Source of the DNA: Candidatus Latescibacterota bacterium
GTDB lineage: Bacteria > Latescibacterota > UBA2968 > GCA-2709665
Assembly (NCBI GenBank): GCA_965219455.1
Contig: OZ244744.1
Span: 256,001 to 320,000, forward strand
Reading direction: 5' to 3'
Length of the DNA stretch: 64,000 nucleotides
The notes below the pieces were generated by a model. It saw nothing but the letters and a program-made list of their open reading frames with translations. It ran no database searches and was not told the DNA's origin. A program made the translations under genes and the position numbers. Shown here one piece after another: positions 8,013 through 18,428 of this stretch; position 1 is the first letter of the stretch, and the number at the start of each line of letters is the position of its first letter.

Positions 8013-9206
8013 TTATGTTCTCCAGAAAGTCGATTCAGGGTTGGGCCTGTACGGCACATGGAGATGCGGTGTGGAAATACGGATCTGGTCCTGGTTCAGA
8101 CTGTCCACGGCGGCGGCCACAAGTCCCGTTGTCAGCAGGGTGCGCTCGACGGGGTACGTGGCCTTCCCGGTGAGGAACATCTTCTCTACGTTGTTAACCT
8201 GGGGCGAGAAGAAATTCGCCAGCGTCGTGTGCGCGGGCGGCATGGGCAGGTACATCTGCGTGGACAGGGGTTCGCCCCGCCCGGGCAGGTGCGCCGCGAA
8301 ATTGAAGTCCCGCACCACGCCGTTGAGCAGAATCATGGTCGATATCAGGCCGTCGTGGTGCTCGTACCTGTAGGCAATGGGATCTTCCTCGAGCGTTTTC
8401 ATCTCGTCCAGGGTCGGAAACACGTGATTGAACCCGGGCCGGGCCGTCGTGAGCGTATGACTGCGCGCCAGGCAGGACTCGAACAACTCCCGAGACCAGA
8501 CGCAGTCATGGTGTGCCGTCCAGAAGCGCTCGCCGCGGTAGGTGTCGATCCAGCGGACGCCGCTTTCGCCGCCCCGGCGTCGCTCGACCATACACTGCAG
8601 TGTCTCCAGAGCGTGAAAATCGTAGCTGTCCACCCCGCCGTAACCGATACACATGGCTTCCTTCACGCGGGCGTCCAGCGGCATGTCGATGGAGGGCGTG
8701 CGCCACGTCACCGGGAGGGACGAACCGGCCATAAATGCAAAACCCATCTCCAGAGAAACGTCGTACATCTCCCTGGCCCACTCCCAGCGCCACGACAGAT
8801 GCTTGTCGTTGAAAACCGGTGCGCACCTGCCCGAGGTGCGGTACACCGCCGCGATCTGCTTGAACAACTCATAGCGCGGATAGAGGTGCTGTCCCTTTTC
8901 GTTGGCGCCGTACTGACCGTGTTCGCCCACCAGAAGGACCCCGTCTACGGCCAGTTGACTGCCGCCCAGGGTCAGGGCGTCGCCCACGGTGGGATAGATG
9001 ACCATGCCGGGAAACCGGGCAGCCCGTTCGCGGCTGAGGTCACCTTCGGGGCGCTGGTCCACGTACAGCGAAACCAGGTCCATCGGCGGACGGTGATGCC
9101 GGCCGTTCCATCCGTACCCTTCGAGAAAGCGGTCGCAGATATGCTGGGCGTGGGAGTACTTGCGGTACTCGGTAACAATGGCGGCGATCTTCGGGCGGTC
9201 GGCCAC
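8013..9206 (-). CDS. Uncharacterised protein, paralogue 2 (same family)
   Basis: Motifs as for paralogue 1. Likely GTG start at 9206 (frame open to 9254). Its stop directly abuts the start of paralogue 1. Confidence 0.8.
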   Translation of the reverse strand: MADRPKIAAIVTEYRKYSHAQHICDRFLEGYGWNGRHHRPPMDLVSLYVDQRPEGDLSRERAARFPGMVIYPTVGDALTLGGSQLAVDGVLLVGEHGQYGANEKGQHLYPRYELFKQIAAVYRTSGRCAPVFNDKHLSWRWEWAREMYDVSLEMGFAFMAGSSLPVTWRTPSIDMPLDARVKEAMCIGYGGVDSYDFHALETLQCMVERRRGGESGVRWIDTYRGERFWTAHHDCVWSRELFESCLARSHTLTTARPGFNHVFPTLDEMKTLEEDPIAYRYEHHDGLISTMILLNGVVRDFNFAAHLPGRGEPLSTQMYLPMPPAHTTLANFFSPQVNNVEKMFLTGKATYPVERTLLTTGLVAAAVDSLNQDQIRISTPHLHVPYRPNPESTFWRT

Positions 9207-9250
9207 GGTGGCAATGGATCCTTCGAAGGGTGGGTTCTTGAAAGAGGAGG

Positions 9251-10282
9251 TCAATCTGCAGGCTTTGGCTGGTAGTTATCGATGCGCCCTGGCAGATCCG
9301 GTACAAACTGGTAGTCGGACTCCACCTTCTGCTTTTTCAAAATGCCGACAATCTCGGTCCAGCACGCGACGAGGCCGACCGGACACCCGGGCATTTCGGG
9401 CTTGATCAACTTGTGCAGCTTTCCCAGATGATAACAGGGAACAGCGGCGTACATGTGATGTTCGACGTGGTAATTCATATGCCAATAGAGAAACCGAAAC
9501 AGGGGGTTCAATATCACCGTCCGGCTGTTCAACCGGAAATCGGGCACGTTGTCCTGAAGGCCCACGTGTTGCGTATTGTTGCACAGGAATAGCAGCCACC
9601 CACCGTAGAACGGGGCCAGCGTGATCAATACCGGAAGCATCCACAGACCGAGATATACCGACACGCCCACAAGCACCGCGTGCCCCGCCAGCAGGATACG
9701 GGCCCAGTTGAACAGGCGCCGCCGCAGAGCGCGATCCGACTCGGGGAACAGCGCGCGTTCCCAAGGACCCTCCAGATTACCGAAACCCAGGCGAACGACC
9801 CCCTTCAGTCTGTTGTACAACCCCCAGGGATTGACGACCGCGGCCTTGAGAAAGCTCCCAAGCGTTATTTCCACCGGAAGCACGACTTCCATATCATCGG
9901 GAGGATGGAGGGTATAACGGTGGTGCTTCGAGTGGCTTGTCCAGAAGAAAACGGGATTGAACCAGCCCATAAAACTGAAGACCTTGAGAAACACCACGTT
10001 CAACCATTTCGATTTGAACACGGTGCCGTGACAGAACTCGTGGAATCCGTTCAGCAGGAACGCGTAGCCGGTTCCGTGCAGGAACAGGGCCACGAACAGG
10101 AAAGGGAGCGCAAGATGTTCCGATGCATACCAGGCGAAGGCGCCCGTGAGGGTGAGCGCGCCAAGGTGACCCAGGGTCTGCAAAAACCCCTTGAAGTCGC
10201 TGCGTCGATTCAACGCGTTCAGCGTCTCCCGGTCCAGGGGACACCTGTACCAATTGATTTTACGTTTGCTCCTCGCGTCCAT
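9251..10282 (-). CDS. Membrane fatty-acid desaturase/hydroxylase family (MocD-like)
   Basis: Three His boxes (HEFCH, HSKHH, HVEHH) plus TQH; hydrophobic segments. Confidence 0.88.
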   Translation of the reverse strand: MDARSKRKINWYRCPLDRETLNALNRRSDFKGFLQTLGHLGALTLTGAFAWYASEHLALPFLFVALFLHGTGYAFLLNGFHEFCHGTVFKSKWLNVVFLKVFSFMGWFNPVFFWTSHSKHHRYTLHPPDDMEVVLPVEITLGSFLKAAVVNPWGLYNRLKGVVRLGFGNLEGPWERALFPESDRALRRRLFNWARILLAGHAVLVGVSVYLGLWMLPVLITLAPFYGGWLLFLCNNTQHVGLQDNVPDFRLNSRTVILNPLFRFLYWHMNYHVEHHMYAAVPCYHLGKLHKLIKPEMPGCPVGLVACWTEIVGILKKQKVESDYQFVPDLPGRIDNYQPKPAD

Positions 10283-10357
10283 ATCACCATCCGTTTGATT
10301 CCGAAACACGCCGACGCTCAGGCAGCGACGCCAACTTCCGCCCCGCGCCTCTCCCGG

Positions 10358-11326
10358 TCAGCGCTCGCTTGCCGCCACGCGATTCCGCAACACCCCGATA
10401 CCGGAGATCTCGATCTCCACACGGTCACCCGGCTTCATGAAGGTTCCGGTGGTCGCGCCCACTCCGGAAATGGTTCCGGTACTGATCAGATCGCCCGGTT
10501 CGAGGGTGATTATGGCGGAAATGTACTCAATAATCATATCGACAGGATATAACATCTGCCCCGTATTGTTGTTCTGCTTTCTTTCGCCGTTCACGTAGGT
10601 GCTGATCTCCAGCGCATGGGGATCCTGTATCTCGTCGAACGTAACAATCCACGGCCCCTGGGGTCCGAACGTATCCAGCCATTTGCCGTTGAGCCAATCG
10701 AACCACTTGTCCCGGTCGCGGCTTTCCGTGCGCTCCTTGATCAGCAGATCCCGTTCGGACACGTCGTTCATAATGGTATATCCGGCCACGTATTTCAGCG
10801 CATCCTCCGCCTTCACGCCTTTAGCCCGTCGACCCATCACCACGGCCAACTCCCCCTCCCAGTCGACCGACCTGGCTACGGGCGGAATCAGTATGCTGTC
10901 TCCAGGGCCGATCACGGTTGTTGACGGTGGCTTCATGAATACCCGCGGCGTTTCCCTGTCCTGAATGGCCATTTTGCCGCCGCCTTCTTCGATATGGTCC
11001 TGATAGTTGCCCGCGAGGCAGAACACCTTGCGGGGGACCGGCACAGGCGCCTTGAGCCTTACTTTTCCGATCGCATGGCCAAGCCGGCCGTCCGCTTTGC
11101 CTCCCAACCTGTCCACAGCCAATTGCGTTACCTGTTTCGCCGCGCGCAGACCGGTCCTGCCCGCATCGAGCAACGCAAGCATATTGCCAAAGAATCCACG
11201 CACCTCCCGACCCTGGCTGCTGGCCAGCTCCCTTTCTGCGGCCGAGAGATCCACGACAACACTGCCATCGGCCACCACGGACCCGACGAACCGGTCTCTA
11301 CCAATCCCATACGTAACAAGCTTCAT
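10358..11326 (-). CDS. Fumarylacetoacetate hydrolase family protein
   Basis: NY.DH, FMKP, DWEGEL, NDVSERD, GKWLDTFGPQGP and GDLISTGT motifs. Confidence 0.92.
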   Translation of the reverse strand: MKLVTYGIGRDRFVGSVVADGSVVVDLSAAERELASSQGREVRGFFGNMLALLDAGRTGLRAAKQVTQLAVDRLGGKADGRLGHAIGKVRLKAPVPVPRKVFCLAGNYQDHIEEGGGKMAIQDRETPRVFMKPPSTTVIGPGDSILIPPVARSVDWEGELAVVMGRRAKGVKAEDALKYVAGYTIMNDVSERDLLIKERTESRDRDKWFDWLNGKWLDTFGPQGPWIVTFDEIQDPHALEISTYVNGERKQNNNTGQMLYPVDMIIEYISAIITLEPGDLISTGTISGVGATTGTFMKPGDRVEIEISGIGVLRNRVAASER

Positions 11327-11443
11327 TCTGAACCCCCTTTAGGAAACAACCCCGAAGGATCACCGTCGGCCGAACGCTTCCCCGGCTCGAACGCAGACCG
11401 GTCGTCATCGACCCATTGCTCGCGCGGCTTCGGAGACAAGAAA

Positions 11444-12307
11444 CTAATCCGTGGGAAACGACAATGGAAACGTGGGCGCATCTTTCTGGTGCGGTGTGCG
11501 TTCGGCGATTTTCATCGCGTGGTATTCCTCAATAAACTCCGCCAGATTCCTGCTGGCCTCCTCAAATACGATCCTGCCCTTCTCCGCGGTCGCCTTCTCC
11601 GCCTCGCCCATCACGCCGCTGTCCGTATACTGACTGGTCCACTCGATCAATCCCATCGCTCCCTTGGCGAACAGATCCGTCCAGACGAATTTCGATCCCA
11701 GTTTATTCGTTTTGGCGATCTCACTCCTGATCCTATCCGTACGCACGCTTTCGGGCGCCAGATACAGCATCATCGACGTCTCCAGTTCGCCCGCGTGGGC
11801 GCAGCCGCCGGGAAAAACGCTCTCACGCCACTTCTTGTCGAAATCCGGATTCACCCTCAACAACTGCCACCAGGAACAGAACACGCAGCTTGCGTCCGTC
11901 TCCACAATCGTCCGCCTGGCCACCATATCCACCAGATTGTGGTTGGAACCGTGTCCGTTCACGAGAATCATCTTCTTGAACCCATGATAGGCCAGACTCT
12001 TGCAGATATCCAGCACATACTGTATAAAATGCTCATAATGAATGTTCAATGAACCCGGAAAGTCCATGACGTGGTGGACGTAGCCATAGCTGACCGGCGG
12101 CAATACCAGGCTCAACTCCGGCTTGCGCCTGGCGGCCTCGGTTGCCACCGCGTCGGCGCACAGGTGGTCCACCTTCAGCGGCAAATGGTGTCCGTGCTGC
12201 TCTACGGATCCCGTTGGCACGATGGGTATCTTTCCCATCTCAACGGCTTCGTTCACCTCGGGCCAGGTCAACTCGTCGAACCGATAAATCTCCCTTACGG
12301 ATGCCAT
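11444..12307 (-). CDS. Creatininase/creatinine amidohydrolase family
   Basis: GSVEQHGHHLP..D, NGHGSN and HAGELETS motifs. Confidence 0.92.
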   Translation of the reverse strand: MASVREIYRFDELTWPEVNEAVEMGKIPIVPTGSVEQHGHHLPLKVDHLCADAVATEAARRKPELSLVLPPVSYGYVHHVMDFPGSLNIHYEHFIQYVLDICKSLAYHGFKKMILVNGHGSNHNLVDMVARRTIVETDASCVFCSWWQLLRVNPDFDKKWRESVFPGGCAHAGELETSMMLYLAPESVRTDRIRSEIAKTNKLGSKFVWTDLFAKGAMGLIEWTSQYTDSGVMGEAEKATAEKGRIVFEEASRNLAEFIEEYHAMKIAERTPHQKDAPTFPLSFPTD

Positions 12308-12323
12308 CGGAAATCTCCGCCTT

Positions 12324-13091
12324 TCATCTGCCAATAATGTACCGGTAGGGATCCACCTCTTCCCTCAGGATGCGCAACTCCTCTTCCTCGGGCGGCGCCG
12401 TTTCACCCGCGTCAGGCGCCGGTAGCAACTCGAATCCGGTGTTGGCCTGAACCCTTTCGAACGTGACTCCGGGATGCAGACTCTCCACCTGCATCCGACA
12501 TGTATCAGGGTCGTACCCCATTACTGCAAGGTCCGTAATCACCTTGCAGGGTCCTCCACCGGCCGGCAAACCTGCCGCCTCGCGGGCGCCCGGGCCCGAC
12601 AGGAAGCCGGGCGTGGTCAGAAAATCCAGCCGGTCCACGAATCTCCTTCGGTTGTGCTGCGTCATCACCAGCGTATGCCAGCACAAGCTGGCGAAGTCAT
12701 TCCCGCCGCCACTTCCAGGAAACCGCACCTTCGGATTTGCGTGATCCCCAATTACCGTTGAGTTCAAATTACCGAACGGATCGATCTGAGCCCCGCCCAA
12801 AAAGGCATAATCCATCATCCCTCGCTGGCACGCCTCCATGACATCGCCCATACTGGTAGCCATCTGCGCTCGAAAGAACGTCCTCGAATCTCCAACCGAT
12901 ATTGGCATGGACGGCAAAAGGGGCGCGAGACCTCCTGCTTCGAACGCCACCAGCAGATGCGGGGCATGACGTTTCTGTGCCAGCATCGCCGTGGCGCACG
13001 GCGCTCCCGTTCCAACACCCACCGTCGCACCGTCCTCGAGCATTCTGGATGCCGTACAAATTGCCAGCTCAGTGGCGGTGTATTCGGGCAT
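12324..13091 (-). CDS. Family I CoA-transferase beta subunit (glutaconate CoA-transferase GctB-like)
   Basis: GTG.P, FEAGG, FLGGAQID.FGN.N, RFPGSGGGND and VITDLAV motifs. Confidence 0.88.
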   Translation of the reverse strand: MPEYTATELAICTASRMLEDGATVGVGTGAPCATAMLAQKRHAPHLLVAFEAGGLAPLLPSMPISVGDSRTFFRAQMATSMGDVMEACQRGMMDYAFLGGAQIDPFGNLNSTVIGDHANPKVRFPGSGGGNDFASLCWHTLVMTQHNRRRFVDRLDFLTTPGFLSGPGAREAAGLPAGGGPCKVITDLAVMGYDPDTCRMQVESLHPGVTFERVQANTGFELLPAPDAGETAPPEEEELRILREEVDPYRYIIGR

Positions 13092-13166
13092 GGGCTTCTC
13101 CTTCCAACCGCGTTGTCGCCGGCGAATGCTCCGGAAAACAACGGTGCCGCCTTGCCATGGGACCAT

Positions 13167-14165
13167 CTACGAGCCCGGATGCAACTCCAGTTCACGCAGT
13201 TCGGCTATGCGCTCCGTCCCGCCGCACAGTTGCAGGTAATGCTCAAAGCGCTCCACCCCATAAATATTCTTCTGAAGAAATGCTTCAAGCCGCTCCTCAT
13301 CCCGTTCGACATCCAGCCATTCCTTCAGATGGTCCTCGTCCGAGAAATACTCGCCGGCCATGTTGCCCGGATAAGAACCGAACGGGACCTCGCAGACCGC
13401 GTCCACGCAGAACGCGGGAATCACCGTGGCCTCGGGCGTCCGCCGAATCTCATCGGTGCTGACGAGTCGCTCCGTTGTAATGACCAGCCGTTTGGATGCG
13501 CGCGCGAGGTCGAAATCGGCCACCGCAATCCCGTGGATCCGACAGTTCCCGCAGGGATCGCTTTCGTGCACGTGGATAAACGCAACATCGGGATAAAGTG
13601 CCGGCACGGCCAGGAGTTTATAGCCCGTAAACGGACAGATGATCTCCTTTGCCGCGCTACGCTCGAAGGTGTCTGTGCCCAGCAGGCTCCGCATCGGCAT
13701 AAACGGAACCGCCGCGGCTGCCGCCCGGAAACGCGCCGCCAGGGCGAAGTTCGACCACTCACACACGGTGACTTCGCTGCTTTCCATCGTCCGCCTGGCC
13801 TGCGGCGACAACCCTCTCGCCTCCAGCCCCACAATGTAGGCCGCATCCACCCGAGACAGCAACTTTCTGCCATTCCGATTCCCCGCGGACAGGATTTCGA
13901 AGTCGTGGGTGGTCGTATGACCGGCAAAACCCAGATCCTGCTTGCCCTGCCGCAGGATTTCGTGCATGCTCGCGGTCGAAATCCGGTTCGCGCCGAACCC
14001 GCCCGATGCGACATAATCCCCGTCCTTTACGAATCGTGACACCGCATCGCGGACGGACGTCACTTTGTCTTCGAACGCGGCTCGCTTCCTGCGGAAGAAG
14101 ATGCGCGCAGCCTCGGGGTCGGGATCTGTAAACAGTGGCCCACTACCGGTTGCCAACTCCGTCAT
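13167..14165 (-). CDS. Family I CoA-transferase alpha subunit (GctA-like)
   Basis: VKDGD....GGF, RFRAAA..VPFMP, PAL.PDVAFIHV..D..GN and PFGSYP motifs. Confidence 0.88.
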   Translation of the reverse strand: MTELATGSGPLFTDPDPEAARIFFRRKRAAFEDKVTSVRDAVSRFVKDGDYVASGGFGANRISTASMHEILRQGKQDLGFAGHTTTHDFEILSAGNRNGRKLLSRVDAAYIVGLEARGLSPQARRTMESSEVTVCEWSNFALAARFRAAAAAVPFMPMRSLLGTDTFERSAAKEIICPFTGYKLLAVPALYPDVAFIHVHESDPCGNCRIHGIAVADFDLARASKRLVITTERLVSTDEIRRTPEATVIPAFCVDAVCEVPFGSYPGNMAGEYFSDEDHLKEWLDVERDEERLEAFLQKNIYGVERFEHYLQLCGGTERIAELRELELHPGS

Positions 14166-14166
14166 T

Positions 14167-15123
14167 TCACACATCCTCGTCCGCTTTCAGGACCTCCATC
14201 AACCTCAACAGGACCCGGTCCCGGTGTCGTATAATCCGCTCCAGGTCGGCATCGGAATAACTGTAGAACCCCGATCCCGACTTCGCACCCAGTTTTCCCT
14301 GTCCGACAAGGCCATTCAACGCCTCGGGCGCCCCCTGTTCCGCACTCAACCGGGCGAACAGATAGCTGCTGATGGCTCGAAACACATCCAATCCGCCCAG
14401 ATCGGCCGTCCGTAGCGGCCCCAGAAAACTGTATCGGAGGCCGGGGCCCGCCGTCATCGCCGTATCGATATCCTCCGCGGAAGCCACCCCTTCCTCCAGC
14501 AGGTGCAACGCCTCCCGCACGACGGCGAACTGCAGGCGGTTGCCCACGAATCCGGGAATGTCCCGCCGCACCAGGATCGGCTTCTTTCCCAGCCTCAGAG
14601 CGACCGACTTCAAAAGTTCGGCCGTGTCGTCGGAGGTCGTATCGGCGCGTATCACTTCCACCAGGGGAATCAGATGGGGCGGGTTCCAGAAGTGCATCCC
14701 GCCCACCCTGTCCGAACGACCGGTTGCGCCGGCAATGGCGGTCACGGAGAGACCGGACGTATTGGTGGCCAGAACGGTTTTTCGCGGACACAGTCTGTCA
14801 CATGCTGCAAGCAACTCCTGCTTCAACGCCAGGTCTTCGGTCACCGCTTCCAATAGAAAATCAGACCCGTCACACGCTTCGGACAGATCCGTTGTCGTCG
14901 TCACCCGCGATACCGCCGCATCGGCGTCGCTGGGACGCAGCAGGCCTGCTTCAACCAGCGCCTGCTGACCCAGCCGCAGGCGCGCCATTGCCCGATCCAG
15001 CAGCGCATCGCTCAAGTCTACGAGATGGACACGACATCCCGCCCGCGCGAACATGTCGGCGATACCGGGGCCCATGGTTCCCGCCCCGATTACGGCAACC
15101 GCGGATATCTCCTGCGAATCCAT
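14167..15123 (-). CDS. 3-hydroxyacyl/3-hydroxybutyryl-CoA dehydrogenase
   Basis: GAGTMG, ATNTSGL, GMHFWNP, GFVGNRL, GPL..ADL.GLD and GKLGAKSGSGFY motifs. Confidence 0.92.
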   Translation of the reverse strand: MDSQEISAVAVIGAGTMGPGIADMFARAGCRVHLVDLSDALLDRAMARLRLGQQALVEAGLLRPSDADAAVSRVTTTTDLSEACDGSDFLLEAVTEDLALKQELLAACDRLCPRKTVLATNTSGLSVTAIAGATGRSDRVGGMHFWNPPHLIPLVEVIRADTTSDDTAELLKSVALRLGKKPILVRRDIPGFVGNRLQFAVVREALHLLEEGVASAEDIDTAMTAGPGLRYSFLGPLRTADLGGLDVFRAISSYLFARLSAEQGAPEALNGLVGQGKLGAKSGSGFYSYSDADLERIIRHRDRVLLRLMEVLKADEDV

Positions 15124-15196
15124 TCGACCATCCCGTTCCGGCGGGGCTCAGGCGTTGCAGCCGCGCACCCCGAATCAACCCGCCGATCATCGCGTC

Positions 15197-15964
15197 CTAT
15201 ACCGCCGTCCAGCCTCCGTCTACCAGCAACGTATGGCCCGTTATCAGATCCGCGGCCGGGCTCGCCAGGAAGACCACGGCCCCCACGACGTCCTCAGGCT
15301 TCCCTACCCGCCCCAGCGGGATCCGCTTTAAAAGATCCTCCCGAAGCGCGGGATCGTCAAATGTGGATTGTGTAAGGGGCGTCAGGATAAACGTGGGACC
15401 CACCGCGTTCACGTTGATGCCGTGCGGCGCCCACTCGAGCGCCAGCACGCGGGTCAGATTCACCACGCCGGCTTTGCTCGAACAGTAGGCAGCGCGGCGG
15501 TAGTAGCCGATCACGCCGTTCTGGGAGGCGATATTGACGATCTTTCCTCCTCCGGCGTTCACCATTCGTCGGCCAACGCGCTGGGACATGAAGAACAGCC
15601 CTTTCAGATTCACATCCATGACAGTGTCCCAGTCAGCCTCATCGACGTCGAGCGCGTCTCTGGGTATATTGACGCCGGCATTGTTCACCAGCACGTCAAT
15701 CTGCCCCATCTCCTTCACGGTTCTCTCAACTGCAAGTTCAATGCTGTCCAGGTCTGGCAGACGCAGGGATACGGGCAGGGCACGCCGCTCCAATCGTTCG
15801 ATATCGGCGCAGACGCCCTCCACTTCGACGGTTTTTTCGGGCAATTCACAGGGCACGCAGTGCGCACCCGCCTCGGCCACCGCTATAGCCACGGCCCTGC
15901 CGATGCCGGAGCCCGCACCGGTGACCATCACGACTTTGTCCTCCAAACGCATGCTGGGCAACAC
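15197..15964 (-). CDS. SDR family oxidoreductase (KduD/Gno-like)
   Basis: TGAGSGIG, NNAG, YCSSK and VDGG motifs. Confidence 0.92.
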   Translation of the reverse strand: MLPSMRLEDKVVMVTGAGSGIGRAVAIAVAEAGAHCVPCELPEKTVEVEGVCADIERLERRALPVSLRLPDLDSIELAVERTVKEMGQIDVLVNNAGVNIPRDALDVDEADWDTVMDVNLKGLFFMSQRVGRRMVNAGGGKIVNIASQNGVIGYYRRAAYCSSKAGVVNLTRVLALEWAPHGINVNAVGPTFILTPLTQSTFDDPALREDLLKRIPLGRVGKPEDVVGAVVFLASPAADLITGHTLLVDGGWTAV

Positions 15965-15967
15965 GAT

Positions 15968-18260
15968 TCAACCGCCTCCGTCTCCCGGCTCCGGATCCAC
16001 CAACTCGTCCAAAGTCGACCTCAGCTTCCACCGCACACGAAACCGTTCGCGGTCGACCTCCGCCTGCTCCAGCGGCACGGTTACCACCGACCGCAGGTCC
16101 GCATTGATCTCTTCCTCGTCAAGTCGGAACCGCTTCAGTTCTCCGGTTTCCTGCATCGCCGCCTGATCGCGGAAATTGGCAGACTCCGGATCCTCACTGT
16201 TTCCAAAAGGCAGAAGGCTCCAGGAACGAAGAGGATCTGCCAGTTCCACCACCATTGTAAAGGCTGATCCGCCGTGGACGCGGAACCGGCCGCCCTCATC
16301 GGGCGTCGACCAGGTGGTATGCAACGCCTGGGTGCCGGGCGCCGAACCGCCCACCGGGAACTGGCGGTCACCCCGTTCAATCACGTGTACATCGCCCCAG
16401 GGCACATCCAACCGCCCATAGGTCGTCATCATGTGCTCGACGGCCATTCTCAATGCCTCGAGCGCCAGTTTCTCCAAGACCGGTACCTGACTCAGCTGTT
16501 CTGGCAAGGCACCGGAAAGAAGCAGATCGAACCTGGACTTCCAGACCGCAAATAAGAGTGTGCTACGGCTGTCGACTGCCGCCCGGTTGTCCCAGCCGCG
16601 CAGAAGCTCCACAGCGAGCGCCAGGAGTCCTTTCGGGTCGTAGATCTTCCACCACGTTCGATTATATGCGCCTAATATGTAGCCCTTCAGTTCCTCCGCA
16701 GCGATCAGATACGGATCTCTGGCCATTTCCTTCAGTTGACGCAACGTCACTTTCCGGTTGGCCGACAGCCAGGTCAACAGACGCTGGCCCCGGTCGTCCA
16801 ACCCGCCCCAGCCCATGTAAGGAGGAAAGTCCGTGGGCGAGAGCCCGCTGTTTTGAGTTACGAACTCGGGCGCGACATTGCAGTTCTGTAGAAAATCTGC
16901 ACGCGGATTCAGAATTCGGGGGAGCCGCTCGTACCCCATAATACCCCGCCAAGCCGTCTCCGGAACCCAACCTGGGACTGCACTTCGCCAGTCGAATTGT
17001 TCGGCCCGGATCGGGCTGCGCGCACTGTATACATATAACATGCTACCTTTCACGTCGCCGTACAAGACATGGAACATGGGAAGCTCGAGCATCCGCAACG
17101 CGCCCTGGAACTCATCCGGATCCCGAGCCCGATTGATCATATAAAACTGCCCGATTGTATTGACAATCTCCTCGGCGCTGCACCGCCCCGCATACGCCCA
17201 ATCGTCAACAGCCTTGTAGATCGGCCCCTGGTGCGAATAGAGCAATTCACGCTCGACCTCCCGAACTCCCAGGGGTTCCTTGACCCGGATCCGTACGCGA
17301 TGCGTAGACATGCGTCTTTTTTCTTTCTCATACACATACCGCTTCGGATTGGCCGGATCCAGCTTCAACTCATATAGGTCGAATACATCCGCCTCGTTCG
17401 CCGCCAGCGACCATGCGATGTGCCGGTTATGCCCGGCCAGAATTACGGGCAGCCCAAAAAGGGTGACGCCGCCCACGCTCAGCCCCTCGCGGCTCTCGAG
17501 ATGGGCCTCGTACGTCTGAAAGGGCGCCTCCCACGGCAGGTGCAGGTCCATCACGAAAACAGGGTTTCCGGCGGCGGTGCGCGAACCTCCGACGACCCAC
17601 ATATTTGACGTCGCACGGGCACGCAGAAAAGGAGCCAACCCCTTCTGCGCCAGCTCGGGGCGCCCCGTCTGCTCCGCAAACAACATCACCAGCCACCGGG
17701 ACAGCGCCACGACGTCCGTGCCGCCCACGTGCGCCACCCAATCCGGCAACCCCTCCCGGTAGACGTCGACGTAGTGGTTAACGCCGTCCACGAATGCGCC
17801 GATCAGATCCCGCGTTTCGGGGGGCAGCGCGCCGTATCGTTCGACGGCCACGCTCCGGATTCGCCAGAGTAATGCCCGCTCATCGCTCTCCAGGTGGCCG
17901 GCGCCAAGTACCTCCGAGGCCGTCCCCGCCGCCGCCCGGTAGTTCAGCAACATTGACACCAGATGATCCTGGGCTTGCGCGTAGCCGAATCCGAATGCGA
18001 CATCGACGTCCCGCTGACCGTAAATATGAGGCACGCCATAGCGATCCCTCAGAATCCGCGCCCTGCCTTCAGGCGGTTCGAACAGCGAATCGCCATACCG
18101 GACCAGGAGCGAATCCAGCGGGATCTCGGGGAGCAGGATTTCCGCGCTATCCTGAAAAGTGGACAATGGCGCCGGTTCCTCGGCGCCGGCCCATCCGGTG
18201 CAAACCAGCATGACAACCACGAAAATCCAGATCCTCGCCTGGCTTCGTCTATGAATAAAA
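15968..18260 (-). CDS. Ntn-hydrolase, penicillin/cephalosporin/acyl-homoserine-lactone acylase family, probably secreted
   Basis: RDRYGVPHIYG, FGYAQAQD, beta-chain N-terminus SNMWVV, QNCN; hydrophobic signal-like segment IWIFVVVMLVCTGWAGA. The start is approximate (frame open to 18613). Confidence 0.85.
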
Positions 18261-18428
18261 TCCCCGCAAGTGCGTTTCGAGCCGGTTGGCAGGAACCGCT
18301 CGCGTTCGGGTGACGTGAGGGTTCCTGATCGTATACCTGGACAACCCGTAATCAAAATTGACTCCTGCGACAATCGGCCCGTCGGCAACCCGCGGTGCGC
18401 GGGTTTCAAGGCGTCCGCTTGTCTTACG

